A stretch of 64,000 nucleotides of DNA from Fimbriosthenelais zetlandica (Eukaryota), in contig OZ365109.1 in assembly GCA_977030845.1 (NCBI GenBank), forward strand, positions 23,312,001-23,376,000, written 5' to 3'. Below the pieces are notes generated by a model. That model saw only the letters and a program-made list of their open reading frames with translations, ran no database searches and was not told the DNA's origin. A program made the translations under genes and the position numbers. This document shows positions 54,501 to 64,000 of this stretch, piece by piece (position 1 is the stretch's first letter; each line of letters starts with the position of its first letter).

Positions 54501-57500
54501 GCGTGTTTTATATTTCAGCTACCTTCAAATCATTACCTTAATTATCATTCCTAAGTAAGTGTATTGCCCGAGGCAAGGCTGCGAGGAAGCCGAGAGATTG
54601 TGACAGGTATCTACAGAATGGTGTTTTCAGTCGATCAATTATGCTGCCCATGTAAAGCAGCTTTTCACAAAGCGATGTGACATTTTGGGCCGAGTGAAGG
54701 ATTTAATCTCTGCCTTTCTGTCACTATTAATCTGTGCCCGTCATGCGATCTGTCGCTAGCTCACATTTTCAGGGATTTTTATTCTCATCTCCTCTCCTTG
54801 TCCTCGCTCAAGTCCGAGGGACATCCAGCAGATGTTTCATTCTCCAATCTTTTGAAGTGAAAATGGAATGACAAAGCCAAGGAAAATCTGGCATCTGGCA
54901 TGTGTGTGCTGAGTGACCTATGTCGGTACTCAAGTTTTCACATTTTTAAAAGCAATTGAACCATCAGGATTGTTCTCGGTTAAATGTGCCTTGTTAGATT
55001 CCTATGTGATCCTAAGCAGTCTATGTCATATGAGGTTGAATTCAATCGGTCGCCATGGCTTCAAATGTGACAGATGTTGACCTTGGGGCAGAGAGGAACA
55101 CTGACGGAGCGTCTTGCACTTGGCGTCGTTACACGGTCATCCTTTAAGACCATTTCCTTCCCTTGTGACCAAGGGGCCCGTTTCAACTGCTCAAACCCTC
55201 TTAAGTGTAACCAGTTCCTGTTACTGCCGACCAAGTGGATTCGATTTAGATCAAGATACCGTTGACCAAAAAAAAGACCTCAACAGAAGCAGTGCAAATA
55301 TTTTTACTTTCATCGGTATGCTGCGGGTAATGGGAATTTTCTCTATGGAGTGAGGTTTGTATTTGGGATTCGCTGCCTCTGAGATAAGGTGGGAAGAATG
55401 GCCATTATAGCAAAACGATTCCACAGATCCATTCCTAAACTTGTTAGCTAAGGATGAGTGGCGGGAATCGACTGCAGCTGGAGATAATGGCCGCTCCCTC
55501 AAGGACGGAGAAGAGGGCCTGAGAGACTACAACCAGCCAAAACACGTCTCCCGACCCAGGGACCAGTCATTGTGTATGTATCTTACAAGCCGTCAGTACC
55601 AAGAGCCCGTTAATGCTGTACACATCAATATTATATCGAACCGAAATCTGATACGCCATCAACGACAATGGGAAACGCAAAACATTCCCGTCTGAGTTCA
55701 TTTACATGTGCCTTAAATACATTTCCATTGGATTCCTTGGCCCTGGTTTAATTTAGATTAGGCATACTCTTTTGATTCTATAGGTTACTATCATGGATGG
55801 ACCTTGCATGGTTACTTCCAATAAGATTCCCTCATAACGTTGCAAGTAGAAAATTGCGATGAAACATTACAGCATATTACATCACATTACCTTGTGCTCG
55901 CAAGACAAAAAAATCCATTAGAGTTACCCCTAAGAGTACTGTTATAAGAAACTATTTTGATGAGTAGTGATCATATATGATCTGTAATCTTTGCCAGTAT
56001 TCTATGGTAGCTTCTTACCTCTTGCACGGTACTATTACAGTTTCTGTTTTCCACAGTACTGCTCTTTACTTGGTAACCGCCTATTATATGACATCTTATT
56101 TCTCCCATAACGACTAACTCCCGTCTTGCTGAGTATACCGTTCTATGGTAACTTCTTTCTGTACAGTAACTGTAGTGTCATGTGACGGATTTCTTCTCCT
56201 CTCATCAAAATGATCAGAGCATCTTTGAGAATGTAGATCACCTAATATTGATGATGTTGATAACGTTTGAAACCTGTGTATTGGATACCGGTTGATGATA
56301 CAGCAAACTCTCATGGGGGTTATTCAGTTCATTGACATCATTTTATGCTTGTCTAGGCAGGCCATATTTTGATCCCTTTTTGGCTATTCTGATCAGAAGC
56401 ATCCATCCATCGGTAGAGGGCCTGGCCATCATTGCCTTACCTGGGTCACTATGGCCATTTCTCCAGGTCATACACGTGGTGGGAGTTCTGAGATACGAGG
56501 CACAGCATCACTCACCTACATCATATCATCATATTCAATATAGCCAGAGGTAGAGTTGTGTCGCCTGCTTGGGCAGAAATTGCAATATAATATCATCCCC
56601 TTACTTTAGACCTCCTTCATGCTCACTAACCTCAAGGTGATTGTCTATCCTCAGGTTTACTGAACGCAGATCTTGGTTGCAATAGCAACATTTCTGGGTC
56701 ATCTCATGCCAATGGGTTATTGCATGTCTGTTCTTACAATAATTGATATAATCAGAATCAGAGTATAAATCTGTGGGAATATAAATATAAATTTATATGT
56801 ATAAACACAAGACCCAATTTCGGGATCTCTCAAGGTGCATTTAAAGTCTCTCTGGATCTAATCTATCTGTAGCAGAGCAGACCCTTGCTGTGGACTTGAC
56901 CCTTGCAAGAATCAACCAGAAGTCTCATGAACCTATAGCTATATCTTTCAGTCCAGAGACCGACCCAAATCTGCAGGTAGAGACACAGTCTGTTATACGT
57001 GTGAAACTGTAATAGGAATAAAAATACACATATGTGATCATATATGTACTAATGGACTGGTGTTGTCCTCGTTATGGTGGATGGCACAAACATGATTTTC
57101 TACAAAAATATTATATAATTATGTTTGTTCATGTATATTGTATAATACATGTTTCTTTCAGTCATCCATCCATCAAGAAGTGGGCTGGTGGGCTAATGGA
57201 TGTATATGGGCAAAAGATGTATGAATAATTATATCAATCTTCGCCTCCATCCCATTACATTTCATGCAAACATCGCAAGACACTCCTGAGGCCTCATCGA
57301 TATGGTCGTGGATAGCACGTTCCAACACCCACGCCATATTCACGAATACCTCTGGAGTGACGAAATTATTTCCAATACCTGTCATTTGCAGATGTCCAAA
57401 ATAACAGCCACCCTAAAATCATGGTTAAAATGTCAATTAGGAATGTTGTTAACGAAATATTCATTCCAACTGCTGTTGCCATTTGCTGAGAGAGAAAGAT

Positions 57501-60500
57501 TAAAAATGTCACAAAACCTGGATTATAACGTCTTCGACAGCCTTTTCCTTTGTCAGTATGGGATGTCTTGATGAGTTGGCTGCCTCTGAGATTTTTTTCC
57601 TCCGGAGTGTTTGACGCTTTTTGTCCACTTAAGAGTGATTCATTTTTATACCATTGTCAGGTGTGTAGGGAGCTCGCATGGATTGTGCAGATAGCCTTCA
57701 GAAGCGATCCACCCGCGGGGGGAACTTATTTAAGAAAATTGCTAAAGGCTCTTTCCTGATTTCCTCCCAAAATGAAATTAAAAGAAAGAGGGGGGAGAAA
57801 AATAACTCTCGCCTCTGGGAATCTCCTGCCAGCGAATACCCTCTGTAATTCTGTGCTTTTGTGGTGAATCAGTCATTGAATTGAGAACAAACAAAGCTAA
57901 GGTAAAAGAAGATGTCTGTGCAAGTGCAGTTGGTAATGAAGCTTGAAGACTAGTAGTGAAAGACTCTAAGTGTTTGTCAAGTGATATGAAGCCAGTGTTC
58001 TTGTGACCATCACACAATGGTTGAGCTAATTAAAAGCGTCACCTTGCCTTGGTAATGGATGGTGGATAATGGGGTTGTGCCCTGTATTGCCCAGCTAACT
58101 GTCTGAGGCGAGCAGTTCACTGAGTAACTCAGCCTACCTAATGGCTGACGGTGAACAAAGGGGAAAGACTGGAGAATTAAGCCATGATGTGATGGTCATA
58201 GTTCACCGTTATTCACTAAGCCACTCCCCTTTCCGTTAACAAGGTCGGCGGGGTTGGTTTATAAAAAAAATCCATGCACAATATCTTCATGTACTTAACG
58301 CTTCCTATAGCCTAGGCATAGATCTTTTTAGTAATGCCAAGCGGCCTATTGTTCCTGCCAAGACTCGAGGCAGGATCGAAGCTTATTCAAGTCCTTGGTA
58401 ATGAGTGCAAAACCATTTTTTAATCAATTTAATATGGGATCAGCATGGATCATTTGTATACAATCATTTCATCAAGGAGAAGCATGAAATATGGTGTTGT
58501 TTCAAGTGGACTGAAAGGCAGAATAAAACATCATCCATTATGAGGTGCTCATCTGGGATCGCATGAGTATGATTTTTTTTGTTAACAGTCATTAATAATT
58601 CATTGAGATGAAGCAACAAAATAAAGGCCTAAGGCATCTGCGTGCATATATGTAACCATACTGTATGCTAAAAGACATGCATACTAGTCTTATATTATAG
58701 TAAGGCGTCTTCGGATCAATCAAATTTATCCCTATTACTGCACCTTGCATCCATCACTATTTATAAGTGAATATTTTTCTACCACAAACAAACCCAAGAC
58801 CCACGGCATTGTATTTACATGGGCTTAAATCCATTACATAATTGAAAGTATTGCCATATCAATAGAGAATGATACTCGAATACCACTAAACAATATGAGG
58901 TTTACCCATTAGGCTATATGAATTATTCACAGTTTTTGAGGGTCTTAAGCTCGATTATCCACATCCAACATATTCATCCATTCAAATCCTATAATCTGCT
59001 AGTCAATTACTTTACACTCATGCTGAGGAAGGAAGGCATGGACGCAGGTCCTTGTTCGCTGTTAAATATTTCAAAATCAATGACTAGGGGATTTATCACT
59101 CCTAAACTATCATACTAACTGCAGTACGCTCAGTAAGTGTCCCCTCTGGTTCATTACCGATCGTTTATAGATATGCCTAACAACCTCATAGCATCACTAA
59201 TTGATCACTAAAACATTATTTCTAATCAATCACCTATCTGCCAGCGGCCCAGCAACCGGGGTCTGGTAGATTGTGGCCGATCAGATCATTATTAGGAGTG
59301 TGATTTGATTCTATGAAGGAAATCATCTTCATGATAGAGAGGAAATGAGTGATCTTCCAACAACAGCGCCAAAACTGAGCAGATAAGACTTCCAGTAAGT
59401 ATATGGCGAAAAGTATGCAGACTTATTTCCTGAATGTTAATAGGCATGGAATGAATAGGCATTGGACAGGAATTTTGTCCCCTGCGGATATGTCCAGCCC
59501 CTTCCAGGGCCGAGCTTTCTGCAGGGTGAGTTGCATGCACTTGAGGATGCAACCCAGTCTCCTGGAGACATAGAGAGAGGGGGGAGTGTCTTTTTGATGC
59601 AGTGAATGCATCAAGGGAACCAGCTGGAAGCCATTTCTAAATATATGCCAGTAATAGATACAAACTTGACAGCTGGGACTATGCACTCATTGATCCCTGG
59701 GATAGTTTTCACTGTTGTTTCAATGTGCATGTATATAATGGTATAGGTGAGATGTTCCCTTATTGAAATCCATCCAGACTTCCAGATAACAGTTCTATTG
59801 AATGGCTATCATTATATCATATGGTCGACAAAGCACTCAAAACTGAAGTTGTTTTAGCACTGAATTGCAATCTTTATAGCAATGAGCAATAACATCAAAA
59901 GGGGATCGAATGGAATAAAATCCCCCAGGCTAAATAATTGAGCGGAATCAACTTTGTTGGCGATATTTTCATTGGATTAATTGCACTCTAAACTCTCTGA
60001 GATCTAATGGGTTAGACCGGAGGAGGACATTCAATTTGATTCGTTGCAACATGGAGCGGACTACTCCTTTTACCTTAATGAGGAAAGCACGGCTAAATTC
60101 AAGTAAACCAAGGGCACAATTCAATGCAGTAACGCGATATTTGGGAATATTCTTCTGAGAAGTCTCTTAACCGTTTCCAATCATATCAGATATATAAACG
60201 TAGGTCGACTCATCCCATTAGGGGAATCAGCGTCAGAAAGTGACATCGGAACCCTGACTGGTCAGTCTGCGAAGGAAGAGAAAGGTGTCTTCTCGTGAGC
60301 ATCACACTAATGAGGCATGATTGAAAGAAATCAACGGGAGAAGATGGTCGAGTCTGGCAACTCTCTCCTGACAGGTAGAATGTGTAACCACTGGGGGTTT
60401 TATAGGCTCTTCGTACACCTTGCAGACACCACTGAACTTGATGGCTTATAAAAACCAAAGTCCATATTCTAAGAAACTACCACTTAATAAGCCTTTGCTT

Positions 60501-61886
60501 ACCAAGGATCTTTTCAAAAGGTAATTTCCTTTGTTGCCGTCGCTATGTATAATTCATAGATTGCAGTGGGGAATGATATCTGAGAGAATATCAACTGGGA
60601 AGGCCTTGAGGCCCTAAAGGAAAGCTGCTTCAGCCACTACTAAGAGCACATAATTGGCAATCTAAGGCTGGCCTATAGGTGTACTGTACATCCCTATGTG
60701 GATCGCCTCTGTATACATAGAGGACTCCTCGCGGGGATGATACGGAATCTATAAACGACTGTTCTCCCCTACCTGTCATTTATTTCAATAAGGACGCCTT
60801 CCTACTATATCGATCGGTTAAATTAAAAGGTATACCACCTGAGACTTTACTGGCTGATGTTGGTTCGCTTGTTAAAACATCCCTTTCTCGAGCCGTCTAG
60901 ACACCCCATCAAGAAGAGACAAATTGAGAGATGATGTTCATTCGCCTGCCCGACAATTCCTGATTCAATCTTCTAATCATATCGCCATATCGTTTTTGTT
61001 CCCGATCATGTTTCCCCGTGAGGCTAATGATTGAGAATCGTATTCGATTGTCCCCTTAATCTGCTCAACTGCTTTGTACTATTTCTTTCATCACATTCAC
61101 TCGTACAAACACATTGAAAATACTTCTGGGAAAGTCTGTGAATCGTCGGGGACGCGTTGCAGGATGTAGATCACACTGCATCTAAAACTTAAATGTGAAA
61201 TTGACCATATTCATAGGAAATTGTAATGCCTATATCGATCATCGGGACACACCGAAGTTAAGTATCTCTTGCACGGGACTGAAACAATAATATCAATTCT
61301 GTCCAAAATATAATCCCTGATTAAGAGGTGATCCGGCAGATTTCAAGTTATAACCATCTCGACTTTGATGATAAGGGAAACTTATAAACATTTTTTTAGA
61401 ACTGTTATTGCATCAGATTTTGGCTTAGTGGAGTACTTAAGCAAGAACCTTCCTTGGAGAGAAATTTTCATTATCTTCCAACTCACAGATCGATGAATCT
61501 AAATGGGTTTATAGAATATACGCCTTTATCACAATGCTAAGTTCCCGACCATTAGTAATCATGACATTGCAGTACATCTAACTTATCCATACTGTTCTAC
61601 CCACAGTCTTAATACATACGTCAGTCATCGCGGAACCTCCATTACTGAAAGACATTAAAATCTAAGCAAGAGTTGCATGGGTGTACGCTCGGTAAAGTTT
61701 CTTCATCTACATCGATAGTTTATGCTTCCACAGGGACATAATTCCTCATCTCAACTATGTATGCTATTTTTAGGATACTTCAGAAGATATTGTCGTATAG
61801 CGGGAACAGTCTACTAGGGGTGAGATCTCTATTTCTGGAGAAAGCTACATAAAACAATCACCAATGCCTGTTAAAGCACCACTTAC

Positions 61887-61971
61887 CTTTGGCTTCAGAG
61901 ACTCCATTCCAGGTGAATATAAAGCCCATTAAGAGTGGTACAAGGACTGCCATAGATGAGACGGAGCCCAT
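61887..61971 (-). CDS. Probable first coding exon encoding a signal peptide (MGSVSSMAVLVPLLMGFIFTWNGVSEAK); may start at the in-frame ATG at 62040
   Basis: ATG in gccATGg context, hydrophobic core AVLVPLLMGFIFTW and small-residue end VSEA. It ends in AAA G/gtaagt, a phase-1 donor that joins in frame to the lectin exon (G+AC = Asp). Confidence 0.6.
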
Positions 61972-64000
61972 GGCTGAGAGGCAACAGCCTTCTGTTGTCT
62001 TTGCCCCCTTCAGTGCATAAGAAACAACTCGTAAAGCCATGATAGAGTAAACCCTTAATGTGAACTGAGTCGTTTGAAGAGTAAAATCAAGTCCCCTTGC
62101 TCAGTTGGGATGCAGAACAGTGCCCTGTCCGTGCTGAAATATTGGTGATCTGTGACGTGTGTGCATTGCCCAAACCTCCAGTGCACTGCAATAAATTGTT
62201 TTTATGCCCATAAAGAGCCCGTCCTTGACGTGCTTCCTATAACCCCTCCTGGCTAGCACCTTTCATGTTACATCCGCTTGGTTTCTTGTATACTCAACCC
62301 TTCCTCTATTCCTCCTTCGTCTCCACCTCCTTCTCAACCTCCTGTCCTTCAAGCTTGATAGCTTTACAAAGAATAAGACAAGAACAGCTACTTTTAGTTT
62401 TGCCTACAGTCTGAGCCCAATCGTCCTTGGTTGGTGTGTGAAGGGAGTGTGGCACGCTTGTCCTTGTATAGGTGTAAAACTGCGGTATGCACCAATGCTG
62501 GTTGAAGGCAGAGAAGTAAAGGGGGGAGCCTGACTCCCTCCTCCTCTACTACTACCACCTCCTCATCCTCCTCCTTCTGGAGATAGATGCTGGAGGCTCA
62601 GCAGGCACTGGAGGAGTGGTGATTAGTGGCAGGGACGTGGAGGTGTGCAGCTTAGAAGCAGTTTCTGTCCGCACTCTATGGCCAATTCAAGCAGTAATGA
62701 CAGTAGTGGAAATAACAATCCGCTCAGCCTCCAGTCCAAACACAAGAGCAAAAGTCATGATGACTGGGTAAAAGCACTGATGATATGGCCCATTCCCACT
62801 CCTAGGGAAGCCCCATATTGATGTAGGTATAATATTCGGATCTTCCCTTCGATTCAGACTAAATTATCTTGTCAACGCTTGAATGTTTTGCCTCGGGGGC
62901 GTGGTAAATGCGGCCCTTTAACACAGCTGATGTCAGAGTCGATTCATTAGTTGGGGGCTAGCACTCTCTCAGCTAGATCTACTCCTAAGCATAGGCAGAT
63001 ATTTCATCCATCCAGACCATTGACTTTCAATCCAAGAGAGGAAGAAAAAATGTCATTGCTCATCATACCTCAATGGTTTTGTTGCCTGGCAATTTTGAAC
63101 CGTAACATCTGCCAATTGCCCGGTCTCTGATAAGGTTTATCAAGGGATTCAACCCTGGGTGGTTAGTTTCCGATGAAAAACAGACCAACACGAATCCATT
63201 TAAACTCCGAATCGATTACACAAAGATATCGATCCCGTCACGTTCACCGTGTCGGGGCTGTTTCCTGTATCAGCAATCCACGTTTTGCTGGCGGTCTCTC
63301 AAGTGTGAAGTGAGAAGTGGGAGCGGTGCATGCCACACAAATCAGCTCGTTCTAATTAAATCCGAATGGAGACGGCTGTATTTGCAGACTGGCGGGCGAT
63401 CCTTTTATCTCCATAATAGACTCACGTCTTGCAGTGACCAAGCCACTGATAAAGCCACCGATAATCCCCGATTTTCCCAGGTAATGATACCGCTGTCATG
63501 AAAGGCAGGGCTATCTGATCTACAGCTGTCTCCCGCTGATGCCTCTTGACACAGACAAAGGTAATATCCAACAAAGTCTCCAGCGAGCAATGAATGGGCT
63601 CCGGAGGAGGGATGACCGTGCACCGCGGTCCCTCCCACTCCCACTCCCCTTCCTCCTCTTGCTTTGCTCCTACGGGGCCTCGTCTGTCTCCACTCAGCCT
63701 TTCTGTCTCAGTCAGATGGCTTTAAATGAGTATGATCTATTATACTTGTAGTGTGTTGTACTAGACGATCATCAGTCAGCTTGATCACTCCTCTTCTCCT
63801 ACGCTCATCAGGGTACTGTCCTTAAAGAGCATCAAGATTAATGACTTTGAAAGGTAAGAATAGAACCCGCTCCTTGAACACGCTTGCTTGTCCCCCTTCA
63901 CCTGGGCTGGATCGTGTTCCAAAAGCGTTCACTGTAAGCCGCCAGAGGGTTTGGCAGTGCAGAAGCAATCCTTCGCTCTCGTCTTCTTCTGTCCTATATT

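Larger units (their letters stand above)
5591..61971 (-). other. Gene model, 3' end unresolved: signal peptide + SUEL-type lectin + CUB-like + Sushi/CCP-like extracellular protein
   Basis: Exons 61887-61971 (85 nt from ATG), 23992-24276 (285 nt), 12044-12445 (402 nt) and 5591-5746 (156 nt) all have GTAAG donors, and the three internal exons have pyrimidine-CAG acceptors. All junctions are phase 1 and give one stop-free frame (K-D-LQEYC, CVK-V-ITP, YE-V-LGC). The link to the first exon is the least certain part. Confidence 0.75.

Noticed and set aside
24277-61886. Searched for a Dscam- or protocadherin-like array of alternative lectin exons in the large intron
   Set aside because: No second YGR/8-Cys exon was found on either strand by eye or in the ORF track.
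62300-62720. Glu/Gly/Arg-rich minus-strand frames resembling a retroelement gag or DIRS ORF
   Set aside because: Multiple stops, composition driven by (GAG/CCT)n low complexity, and no RT motifs; more likely UTR or upstream sequence.
63590-63751. Small ORF resembling a signal peptide (MNGLRRR...LPLPLPFLLLLCSYGASS)
   Set aside because: The hydrophobicity comes from a C/T-rich low-complexity tract. There is no donor in frame and no recognisable mature peptide.

Overview
This is animal genomic DNA, not prokaryotic: moderately AT-rich, with GT-AG introns, microsatellites and one 128-N scaffold gap. A lophotrochozoan, possibly annelid, origin is inferred only from the protein family. Nearly all entries in the supplied ORF track are spurious. 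The window is mostly occupied by one large minus-strand gene. I reconstruct it from four exons joined by phase-1 introns that splice into one open frame of about 309 aa: a probable signal-peptide exon (61887-61971), then a 37.6-kb intron, a SUEL/rhamnose-binding-lectin-type exon (23992-24276), a CUB-like exon (12044-12445) and a Sushi/CCP-like exon (5591-5746). I could not find its transmembrane or terminal exon. The introns hold several non-autonomous DNA-transposon derivatives: a Sola-like element with a 4-bp TSD and a transposase remnant, three CCC-terminal EnSpm-like elements, and Harbinger-like remnants. They also hold simple repeats and candidate regulatory patches. I found no CRISPR array, rRNA, tRNA, intact transposase, reverse transcriptase or viral ORF. 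I do not see a clearly new multi-gene system. The best lead is the lectin-CUB-Sushi surface or secreted protein with altered sugar-binding motifs; weaker leads are a chain of antisense microexon-like signals and the MITE families.
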